In this document: in pieces, positions 24,471-35,761 of the stretch
How the letters are laid out: each line of letters begins with the position of its first letter
Position numbering within the stretch: the stretch's first letter is position 1
Assembly: GCA_016748015.1 (NCBI GenBank)
Contig: JAAOMT010000034.1
Span: forward strand, 310,001-374,000
DNA length: 64,000 nt
DNA from: Geosiphon pyriformis uo1
Taxonomy: Eukaryota > Fungi > Glomeromycota
Reading direction: 5' to 3'
The notes under the pieces: model-generated
What the model saw: the letters and a program-made list of their open reading frames with translations, nothing else
What the model was told of the DNA's origin: nothing
The model's database searches: none
Translations under genes and position numbers: made by a program

Positions 24471-26303
24471 ATGTACCAGTTAATATAGTGGAGGAAAAAA
24501 TTATTAACAAAGGAGAAATTATCTCAACCAATCAATTAATTTCTATTCCACCATATGACCAGTATATGTTAACTATAAAAAGAGAAGTAAAGAATCAAGC
24601 TCAGTTGTTTGAAGCAGAAGCCACCATTTGCAAATCAGAAGAAATTAGACTCACTAATCTCTACATATCAGCCAAAAGCCCCAAAAATATCAAAATTTCC
24701 ATCTACAACACAATAGAAAGTGTTATTGAAATACCAAAAAGAATCATCATTGGATATTTAACCACCAAAGTTGAGGATCAACCACCAAACCCCATTTCAG
24801 ATTTTCCACAGCTTTGTGAATATGTGGACATCACATCACAAACCATCTATGGACGAAGCAAATATTATCTGCTTCAACCAGAACAATTAAAACAGATAAA
24901 CATGGAAAATCTAGACCCACTTCAACAGATACAACTAAAAATACTACTTAGCAATTTCAATGACATCTTTGCTAGTGAAAATGAATTTGGCCACACCAAC
25001 ATTATCCAGCATCAGATCAAGACTAGAGATACAATGCCAATTAAACAAAGTGCATACAGAGTACCACCAGCTAGCCATGAGATCATTCATCAAAAAATCA
25101 ATTAAATGCTTAACAATGGGCTAATTCAGTCATCAATGAGTTCATGATCATTACCAGTGGTATTAGTTTGAAAGAAAAATGGGAAAATCTGTTTTTGTGT
25201 GAACTATTGAAAACTGAATAGAGTAACTAAAGGTGATAGTTATCCAACTCCAAAGATCCAAGAACTATTTAACACTTTTGGAGGAAATAAATGGTTCTCG
25301 ACACTAAATTTAGATAATAGTTACTGGCAAGTAGCCATGAACCCAGCCAACAAAGAAAAAACAGCATTTACCACAAGAAAAAAAAATTTTGAGTTTGAAG
25401 TTATGCCATTTGGCTTGATGAATGCTCCAGCGACATTCCAATGGCTTATGAAAATTGTCTATACTGGATTACTATGGAAATCAGTAGTTATATACTTGGA
25501 TAACACCAATGTGTTTTCAAAAACATTTGATGATCATCTGCATTATCTCCAACAAGTGTTTGAAAGATTAAGAAAAACCAGATTGAAACTAAATACAACC
25601 AAATGTTTTTTTAGAAAAACTGAACTCAAGTTTTTGGGACATGTGGTAAGCAAAGGTGGAATCAAAACGGATCCAGACAAGATTGAAGTAATTAAGAACT
25701 TTCTAGTACCAACCAACTTAACAGAACTAAGAGCATTTTTGGGATTCGCAGGCTATTATTGCTGCTTTATCAAAGACTTTTCAAAATTGGCTCAGCCATT
25801 TCACCATCTACAAACCAAAAATGTGAAGTATGAATGAACTGAAGCTCAACAAGAAAGCTTATCTAAGCTCCAGTATTGATGTATCCAGATCATAACAAGC
25901 CATTCATAATTACAACTGATGTATCTGGTCAAGCATTGGAAGCAATACTATCACAGAAAAGACCAGATAGAAGAAAACATCCAGTAGCTTATACCAGTAG
26001 AAGCTTAAGTTTAGCAGAAAAAAACTATGAAACTCCAGCACTGGAACACTTAGCTATTTATTGGGCAGTCATAAAATGGAAAAAATACTTGAGCCAAAAG
26101 TTTGAAATATATACAGATCACAAAGGATTGACTTCAATTCAGAAGCAAGAATTTGGAGACGATTGCCATGCCAGATGGAAAATAGAACTTTCATCATTTA
26201 ATTATACAATACATTATAAAAAGGGAAAAGACAATAGAAATACTAACGGATTGTCATGAATAAGACAACTCTAAAACATTTTAACCCAAAAATATAACAA
26301 AAG

Positions 26304-27686
26304 ATGAATATCCAAAAATACCAACAACTACAACATTATATAAATACCCAATTGTTTAAGGAGAAATTATCTCAAAAAGAACAAAGAAACATAAAACAAC
26401 AATCAAAATATTTTATCAACCATCAAAATATACTTTACCAGAAGAACAGAAGAAATTCAGATCAACCAACCAGAATAATCACCAAACCAGAGAAAGAAAC
26501 AATACTATTTAACATGCATTCAAATCTGACAGCAGAACATTTTTATAAAAAAGCAACCATAGAAAGAATCAAAAAAAGATACTATTGACCATTAATGTAT
26601 CCAGACATTATTTAATATGTTCAAAGTTGTAATGCTTGTCAAAAAAGAGATGGAACAAAACCCAGTGAACCATTAAGACCAATCAAAGTGGGACAACCAT
26701 TTGACTGTATCAGAATTGACTTAGTAAAACCATTGACAATTACCAGTAAAGGCAACAGATATATTGCAGTAGCCATGGACTATTTCACTAAATGGCCAGA
26801 AGCAAAAGCCATTCAAAGAGCAAATGCAGAATCTGTTGCCAAATTCGTTCATCAAGATCTGATCTGTTAACATAGATGTCCAAAAAAATTATTATTTAAT
26901 TAAGAAACTTACTTTGTGAATAGAACATTAGCAGAATTAAGCCAAAGATTTAAAATAAAAAGATCACTATCATCATCATACTATCCACAAACAAATAGGT
27001 TAGTTGAAAGATTTAATAGAACACTATGTGAAGCAATAGCCAAAATTAGCCAAAAAAACCAGAACAAATGGAATTTGTTTATACCATCAGTATTATTTAC
27101 TTATTGGACAATGAAGCAAGACACTATACAAACAACACCATTTGAATTAGTATATAATAAAACAGCAACATTACCAGTTGAGATAGAAGTCACCACTTAT
27201 CCAACAGAACCAATAACCGAAAACAATTTTCGGGAAATATTACTAAGAAGAACATATAACTTAATGGAAACACTAGAAAATAAATGGCAAAGAGCAGCTG
27301 ATAACATCCAAAAGTCACAAAAAAAACAAAAAGAAAAACATAATAACCAACTACCAGATAAACCAGTTGAATTCAAGATTGGAGACAAAATACTATTATA
27401 TTGCACCAAAGCAGAAAAACAATGGAATGGAAAATTTGACCCCAAATGGGATGGACCATTTCACATAGAAAAGATTCTTGGAAATGAAGCTTATAAATTA
27501 AGATAGGACAACAAAATTTTAGCCAAAGCAGCACATAGTGATCGACTGAAACCATATTACCAGATAATATTATCATCCACTAATAACATTCCACAACTGG
27601 GAGTACAAAGAATACTAGTTCAACCAGATAAGATTCCACAAGATTTGGAACCAATCATAGTTATTGAACAAAACACATCAAAGTGA
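26304..27686 (+). pseudogene. Gypsy integrase (HHCC, DDE core, GPF motif)
   Basis: MHS...EHF and CNAC zinc motif, IDLV, DYFTKWPEA, YYPQTNRLVERFNRTL, WDGPFHI. Starts with its own ATG in a different frame from RH. 3' end approximate. Confidence 0.9.
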
Positions 27687-27741
27687 ACAACCAAAAGAGT
27701 ATATAAAAACACAGTATATGTGACAAAAACAACCAAGAAAA

Positions 27742-28377
27742 ATGAAAATACCAGATTATATTCATACTATAGCACAACAATTGTTCCAAGCCTTAAGTTA
27801 ACAACAGTTAAACATGGAAATTGTTATTAACAACCAAATAATTTGTTATTGAAACATCCAAAGAAAAACAAAAAATACATTATATCAGTGGCCACCAAAG
27901 AATAATAAAAACTGGACAAATAATTTAATAGAAAAAGTGAAAAACACATTTGGGAAAATATCTACTATGGCATTAACAGAAAAGCTTACAAAAGAAAATT
28001 GGAAGCAATGAACAAAACAACTTCCAATATTATATTGCTACTACCAGTTAAGTCAAAAATTGAATATTCAGGAGTTGTATATCAACAAATCCAAGAGAAT
28101 ATTCAACTAAAACATAATACAACAAATTGAAGAATTTATTAAAAAGAAAACAAATTCAATACTACATGTTAAAACAATGTATTAACTACACAACATATTT
28201 CAGAACTATCCAAAAATACTGTTACACTCTGACATGGAAACCATAACCATTAACCAATGGGGAAGAATGAACAATACACAAGTAGAAAACATAAGAAACA
28301 GAGTTGAACAAACAATACTTGAAAAAAAAATATTAGAATTAATTCAAAACAAAGATTTCGACGAAGCTCAATATTAA
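27742..28377 (+). pseudogene. Putative extra ORF3 between integrase and PPT (~211 codons, unknown function)
   Basis: ATG 27742 to TAA 28375-28377 in one frame with six internal TAA/TGA codons. Ends at the PPT. TATATAAA ~40 nt upstream. Confidence 0.5.
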
Positions 28378-28390
28378 AAAGAGAAGATAA
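28376..28390 (+). promoter_or_regulatory. Polypurine tract
   Basis: AAAAAGAGAAGATAA immediately before the 3' LTR. Confidence 0.8.
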
Positions 28391-29227
28391 TATTACTCAT
28401 AAAAAGAAAACAGATATAGAAAAACAGTAAACCAATAAGAGAGTAATAATCACCACATGAGCACATTGCTCAGCAATGTGGAGCAATATCAGAAATCATG
28501 ACACATCACTCAGCAATATGAGCATTGCTTGAGAAATTATAGAACATTGCTCAAAAATATGAGCAATCTTGTAGAACTCAAATTATGTATATATAGCAAT
28601 AGTGTTGAAAATAGAAAAGACAGAATTTTTTAGTTGAAGATCTTCCAGTTTAGATTTTATCTAAGTGACTTTCCAAATTCACAAATATCAATAAATAATT
28701 ATTTACTATCTCAATCCACTTTTCACTATCAACACTTTATGTTGATAATAATCACTACTTAATCATACTGGAACAATAGCTTTTGATCACAGCTATTGAC
28801 AAGATACTAATTTGTAATTGCATTAACTCATTTTCTTTATTTTTTTTATTTTTTTTATTTTTTTTTATTTGATTTTATTGTGGTTTACTAAATTGATTAA
28901 GAGAATTAAAGCACTGAGTTATTGACATCACAGATAACCTGGTAAAAGACCCAGAAATAAGGGTAGAATTATATATATTAACAGATAGCTTATCAAAAGA
29001 GCATGACTGCCAGATTAAACCAGCCACTATGCTGAAGACAGAAATTGGGAAAACAACTTGAGAAAACAACCTAAACCAACCATAGTGAATCTCTGTCTAT
29101 TATACAAAGAACTTCCCAATCAAATCTTTGAATACAAAACCTTCAGATATCAACACCAGAATACCAATTAGGCATCAAGTTATGGATTTGTTATTTGATT
29201 TGAAATCCCAAATAATCATCTGTAACA
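28391..29227 (+). repeat. 3' LTR
   Basis: TATTACTC (TG>TA)...TGTAACA, colinear with the 5' LTR apart from one ~15-nt indel near 29124. Confidence 0.95.
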
Positions 29228-31099
29228 ACGTTTACACAGATAGTTTGTTAAAAGATGCTGAGACTGCTGATGTTGCTGGCAGTGTGGCTGCATATTTTCC
29301 TTCTGTGAATCTAAGTGTTGGTGTTAAAGTTTGAGGTCTATTGTCTTCTACTTTGTCTGAGTTGTAGGCAGTCATTCTAATATTAAAGTGCATTCCATCT
29401 TCTTATGCAATGGTATTGTATCTTGACAGCCAGGCTGCTATTGATGCGTGTGTATCCAAAATGTCTTTGGCTGTGCCTGATTTTCATGTTTTATGCTAAA
29501 TAGAAAGACATCATATTTTTAATTTAGTTAGAAATAAAGATCTTGTTGTAAGATGGGTGAAGATTAAGAGTGATTCTGGAATTGTGGGTAATGTAGAGGC
29601 TGATGCTGCTGCTGGTCATGCTATGTGTTCTAAGTTTTCTTTGTCTGTAGGAGTGCATAAACATTTTCTGATGGCTAAAGCTATGGTCATGTCTGGCAAT
29701 ACCTGTCATTTTGTTAGGAATGTGTTTCAGTCTATTTGTCATGCTTATTGGGAAGCTGGTCTTGGCCAGAATGTTGTTCCAAGTAATCTGATTGGGCATG
29801 TAGACTGGAGTGCTATGGCCAAGGTATGGCATCCTGACTCTTATATGCTTGCCAGCTTTACTAGTCAAGAATCTTCTGGTTTGCATACATATCTGATAAA
29901 AGCTGTACACTGACAGCTGTCTGTTGTAATTAGGAAAAGATTATATAATAGGAGATATTCTGGCATGTTTTGTTTGTTGTGTGGTGAAGTGGAACTGTCT
30001 GATCATGTTTTTACTTGTGCATTGAATGCTGGAGTTTGGAGGGAGGTTTTGGCTGAAGCTTTTATGTCTTGGACTTTTTTATTGGGCATTGTTGGCCCAG
30101 TTTCTTCTACTGTTTTGCAAGCCCTTGGTTGATGCTTTTTGAATGTTGGCTTGTATTCAGTTTTGTGCAAGAGATTTGTGTTTAGAGATTGATATGAGGA
30201 AGCTGTCAATGTTTTTGATGAGAAAAAAGAGACTTTATGCATAATTGTTGGATTTGTTAGGTAGTTGACTGAGTTGTATTGTTCTAAAATTTGGCTGGTG
30301 AAATGTAAACATAGGGCAGAAATAGAGAGAGCAGATTTGGTAGATAATAATAGTGTGGTTTTGGGTTTGTCATGTTGTGTCAAGTCTTTACTGTCAGAGG
30401 GAGTGATTAGAATACTTGGTATTATCAAATCTTTCATGGTTAGTTTTGGCTGTTGACAGCTCTGTCCTTTTTTCACAGGTTTAGATTATAGTCCTTATGT
30501 TGTTTTAGATGTGTAGTGTTGTCTTGTCTGGTCTAAGTGGCTAGTCACATGTAGAAAATGTGTGAGTCATGTCTAGTGTTGGTCACTTAGTTTGGCTTTG
30601 TGTATTAAATAGCAATTGGGCTTTACTCATTAAAAGCTTAATAAAAAAAAAAAAAAAGTTAAAAAAATTTTTATAGTTTTAAATATAGTAAACATCTTAT
30701 ATATTTCAAATTTTTTAAAAAACTTGTTTTAAAAAAGAAGTTTTTTTTATTATATTTACAATTTTTTAAATAAGTAATTTTTTTATAATAAAGTTAACAA
30801 TTGTTTTTGACAATAATATGTTTAAAAAAAAACAACCAAAAAAGTTTTTTATAATCTAACAAATAACTTTTTTTTTGAAAAAAAAGTTTTAGTTAATAAT
30901 ATAAAATACTCAAATAATAATAAAAATTTGTTTTTAATTAAGTCTTTAAGCAATACTAAAATGTTTTTTTTTTTTATTAGTGCTTAACAAGTGAGATCCA
31001 AACACTACCTAGTGCTATACATCAAAAAATTGATCTAAACTAGGGGTGAATCATGCACTTTCTACATGTGACCAGCCATTCGGGCCGATCAAAACAACA

Positions 31100-34000
31100 C
31101 TACACAGCTATATGAACTGATACCAAATTACTTAAACCTGAAAAGAACAAATAAGGCTTGCAAAAACCAAAATGAACACCTAAAGCATCAGTGATGCCAA
31201 GTAACCTAACCACTCCTGCAGAAAACCTTGAAGCCAAACCATGAACTGAGATGATGGCCAAACCATCCAATGGGATCAATTCATTCTTTTCCATATAAGC
31301 ACAATACTTAGCACAAACTGACCAGACACCCTCCCTGAAAGCAAGACCAAGAGAGCACACAAACTTGACAATCTCTAAAACCGCAATCTTGGGGTTGCAA
31401 AAGACGCAAACAGTCTTATGAAATTAACCATTGAAAACAAAGCCCTTAAAAAGAGCCATGAACACAGAGAAATTAGAAATGCAGGATGACAACAATTATA
31501 ATATACCCGAGGAAGAAAGAGAGGAACCAGAAAGCACCTTCCAGACTCCTACATGAGAATCCAGCAACTGATGTCAAGCGAATTCATCAATCTTGCAGGA
31601 GTACACATGATCCGACACCTTTACCTCACCACAATATAAGCACAACACACTAGGATAACATCTATTATAAAGGCGCTTTCATACAGCAACTGGCAGCCAA
31701 TGGTGCAAAGCCTTCATAAAGTAAGTATGCACACTGGCCGAAGGCCTACTGGTGAAACCCGCAGCCATGTGCAAATCAAGATGCCATATCAATGACGAAT
31801 GGAGCCAATCAATCTTGGAAAACAAACTTCCCACCAAACCTCAGAACCAAAACCAACCTTCTAATGTGCATGACAAACAGAATGATAAATGTCACAGACA
31901 AAATGTCTTGAATTCCCAAAGACAATACCACCATCAGCTGTCAAGAAACATTCACTCAAGCAGGGGGGAAGATACCAATTGGAGAAAGAAGTGGCACCAG
32001 CAATTGCATCAACATGCTCATTTCCCGGAATGCCAGAATGACCTTTTACCTTGTAAAAACTGATCCCCAACTTCTTACTGCAAATCAAGTTGACAATATA
32101 ATGACATTCGACCCAACATTGATTACAAAAATTGGGACACACCAGACCCAACTCTGACCTGCAAGCATTCAAAGCTGATTGACTATCTGAAAACAAATAA
32201 ACAGAGCTTGACGAGGGGACACACTCCAGAGCCAAGACAATAGCTTGCAACTCCGCCAAAGTAGACGACATCAAACCTGACACACTAACGCCCAAACCCA
32301 AGCCAATGTCCTCAAAAAAACAGCAGTGCCAGCTCTACAGCCAACCATGCCAAGATTACTAAGGGACCCATCCGTATATACTGACAAACTATTAGCACCA
32401 GTTGCTAGGAAACAATTATGAACAGACACATATTCACCAGATTCAAGAATGTTCAAAGAACCACTGTTACCCAAAACCAAAAACTGAGCATAAGAAGATC
32501 CCACACCATTAAGAAACAAAACAGAATGTTTGAACTACTCAGAAACAAGGCCACAGGAGTCCAATCTCTTCCATTGCTTGAAGGTGTACCAATCATAAAC
32601 AGCACCATGATGATCATGAAGTTGATCCACAAAGGCAATACCATACTGCCGAAGGGAAGAGAGAAACCTGGAAAATCTTAACTCACCCAGAACTGTAGAC
32701 ATTGGTACTCCACCACGAAACCGAAAGGAATTGACCAAAGAGCCACTTAGAGACACATTACAACCAAGAAGAACACAAATCATGCCTGCCAGAAAGTTAT
32801 TAAATACACTAACCTGAATATGGACAGGAGAATTCAATGGGTGAACAGGATGCTAATACAGAACTTGCAAATCATGAAACCTGTGGGAAAACAAATAACC
32901 CAAGATACCACTAGAGTTTGCAAAACTGACAAGAGAAGCAATCTTGCTCTTAGACTGAACTTGAAAAAATGACTTTAAACCATAAAATAAAGGGTGTTGA
33001 ATCACATTATTAGGGAAATCAAGCGGCAAACCAGATTTGAGCTTTAAACCCTTACGAATCAGAGCATCCCACTTGCTGCACATACCAACAGGAATAAAAC
33101 TGAACTGAGTTCTATAGCTGACTATTGGATGTAGAACTGCCGACACCAAATATAAAAACTGCTTATCTGAGACTGCCTTCCTCAACATCAGATTGGTAAA
33201 AAAGCAAATATCCAAATGCGCTTTAACCAAGCTAGGCTTCGAAAGACCCTCAGTTGAAAGAAAAATGCCCAGATATTGGTGAGATTCCTCCTTTTTGGCA
33301 ATAGAAATGGGCGAACTGCTGATAGAAAGAGAGAGATTGCTAACTCTGCTATTGATAGAAATGACTACTGTTTTGTCATTATTAATAGAGATGTCATTGA
33401 CACAAAAAAATTTACTAACAACATTAAGAATATGTTGAGTAGCCATTTGACTGCTGTCAATCCAAATTGTATTATCAACAAAAGCACTAACGGTGAAAAA
33501 AGAAGAAAATCCAGCCTGGGATTTAGAACGACCATTCTTAGAAACAAAGTGAGAATTCAACCTATACTCACATACATTCTCCTGTCTTTTGACTTCGCAC
33601 AAAAGGGGATCATAAAATATGCACCAGAGAAGAGGGGAGAAGATCTCTCCCTGGTCCAAACCATCATGCACATGATAACCACTTGTCAACCCAAAATCTG
33701 TCATAACTTGGTTGGTATGATCCCTATGAATACTGCCAAAAAACCGAATAAATTTGCTACACATCTTAATCCTAACCAGACTCTTTTCGAGATGCTCCCA
33801 GCTGACTGAGTCATATGTTTTTTGCATGTCTTGAAGAACCAGTCAGAGCTCCCTGTTTTTTTTCAAAGCATCTTTGACCACCGATCCAATTGCAAAAATA
33901 GGAGACTGGGTTGTCGTACCCTTCAGAACCAAAAAATTGTCTCTTTGAAGAACATCAAAAGTGCTGCATGCCAAAAAAATCCTGTTAGAGAGGATCTTGG

Positions 34001-35761
34001 AAAGAATCTTGCGAGCTGTCTCGATTAAGGCAATAGGACATGTATTTGTCAGAACATCTTCCCACTCATAAGGTTTGGGAATCATCAAGATCCATGCTTC
34101 TTTTCAAGGGCCAGGCACCAATTCTCTGAACAAACAAGAGTTCAAAAACACTAGCAACATATTCAAAGCTCATTTGAAATACCCGACAAACCAGCTGTTT
34201 TACCATTTGGGAGATCAGAAACCACTCTGAAGAACTCATCATACCCAATTGAGCACATAACCCCAAAAAAAGCTTCATCAAAAACATACTTCAATGGTTG
34301 ATATTGGTGATGCCAATCAACTGAGATATTATCAACCACTTGACGCTTTCTAGTCCAACTCTCCATGATTGCATCCACCTTAGACTTAACTAGATCAGGT
34401 TCCAAAACCAACTTATTATCAATCACCAAATGATCCAACACAATCTTATGAAACAGACGTTCTAATACACTTCTTATCATATGATCCTTATTTATTTCAA
34501 AGCTTTCCATCCTTCTGCTTATGGCAGACCTGATGTTTGCCTCTTTAGTACTCTAAGACTTAATAAGCTTGGATGCCCAATAAGATTTTCTAACACCCAA
34601 AAGAGCAGAATGAACATGACCAGATTTCACACCAGAGTCCACCAAATTCTGAATGATTAAAGCATTAACACTGTCCACAGAAGCCCAACATTTCATAAGA
34701 GAAGCAAAATCCACAGCACACTCCACACGAGACACCTTAATAATCTTTAAAACAAGAAGCTCCAATTTGTGAAATCTCGAGGAATCTTTAGTAAAGACAT
34801 TATTAAATTCCTTGAACCATTTTTTCTTGAATACCTCACTAGTTGAAAGAACCATTATCTTGTGAACAACACTCCACATCGCATCCAAATCCGAAAGCCT
34901 TGCAGAGGCAGCAAACTCATCTGAGAACATTGTAGCATTGGCTGATGTAGCACCTTTAAAACTGTTCCATTTAACCTCATCAGCATTCTTGAAATCGAAT
35001 TTCCATTGGTCCCTATTTGCTTGCCTGCGAAGAAAGTTTAACCGCGTATCCAAAAGCCCACCCAAATCTACAGCCATTGAAACAGCCTGGTGATCTGTGT
35101 CAAAATGCTCATTGACATCCAAAACCTCATAATTCACTATTGTATCAACCAGATTTGGAGAAACAAACATGTAATCAATTGTCTTCATGACACCCCTAGA
35201 ATTTGCCCAGGTGGGCAATTTTGAAGCTAGGCTTCCAGCCAAAGAATTCACCAGACCCAAGTCCAGACACTTTTTAAAACTTGCACATTTATGAGAACCG
35301 TCTTCATTGAAATCACCACTGAGAACAATGAAGGAAGATTCATTAACAGCTTTTGCAATAAGAAAGTTGACTTCACCAGCTTGAGAAAACCAAACTGCTG
35401 AGAAAACACCAGCATATAGTTCCAAAATAGACACTGAAAGTTTATTTTTGAAAAGTAACTTAATGGACAAGAGCCAACCAGACACTTTTGAGACTCTGCA
35501 CACATGTCTTGCCAAAGAAGAATTCATGACGACCACAACACCAACACCCAGATAGCCAGATTCCAAGCCAGAGGTAAATACCCAGACATCATCAAATTTG
35601 TTGACAATCCAGGAGCAAATCTTTCCTTTTAACTTTGATTCTGTAAAAATAGAAATTAAATTGTTTCTTTCCATATGCTAACAAATAATATTGTCCTGTT
35701 TCACAGGATTGTTCATTCCTCTGATGTTACAAGTAGCAATATTCTAAACCAGATTGTTCAT
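31100..35761 (-). pseudogene. LINE-3 ORF2 (APE-RT-RNH-ZnF)
   Basis: GDFNED, DTDHQ, FVDN (DD decayed), VYTDGS, AELQAI, KVKGHSG..GNE. Confidence 0.92.

Larger units (their letters stand above)
20042..26274 (+). pseudogene. Gypsy gag-pol: capsid, CCHC, protease, Cys-rich domain, dUTPase, RT, RNase H
   Basis: One frame to ~25860. Capsid-like MAYAPIAKLEKF (21050), CHYCDKQGHLQINC (~21788), LILDSES protease (DSG decayed), dUTPase DAGFDL/IIDTGY/GFGSTG, RT MPFGL..APATFQ and YLDN, RH TDVSG and YTDHK. Confidence 0.92.
19218..29227 (+). mobile_element. Full-length Ty3/Gypsy LTR retrotransposon with dUTPase (inactivated)
   Basis: Two ~830-bp LTRs, PBS, PPT, domain order gag-PR-RT-RH-IN, 4-bp TSD ACAT (19214-19217) / ACGT (29228-29231). 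Confidence 0.96.
15812..30516 (+). pseudogene. LINE-2 ORF2 (APE-RT-RNH-ZnF), split by the Gypsy element
   Basis: FVDD at 18115-18126. Removing the Gypsy element and one TSD copy restores the RNase H motif FDVYTDS. CLLC...DHVFTC at ~29971-30018. Confidence 0.9.
13890..30657 (+). mobile_element. LINE-2 of window: full-length, interrupted by a Gypsy element at 19218-29227
   Basis: 5' UTR like LINE-1 and LINE-3, ORF1 14025-15815, ORF2 15812-30516, tail and poly(A) 30643-30657. TSD ATTAAAAAA (13881-13889) / GTTAAAAAA (30658-30666). Confidence 0.92.

Noticed and set aside
27742-28377. env gene
   Set aside because: No signal peptide, furin site or transmembrane anchor; kept only as an unknown ORF3.
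30658-30963. Functional tail-to-tail LINE-2/LINE-3 pair
   Set aside because: Different subfamilies separated by decayed A/T DNA; most simply independent insertions.
33276-33809. Antisense ORFs within LINEs (also 258, 4329, 30003, 36086)
   Set aside because: Shadow frames of ORF1/ORF2, not conserved in extent between copies.
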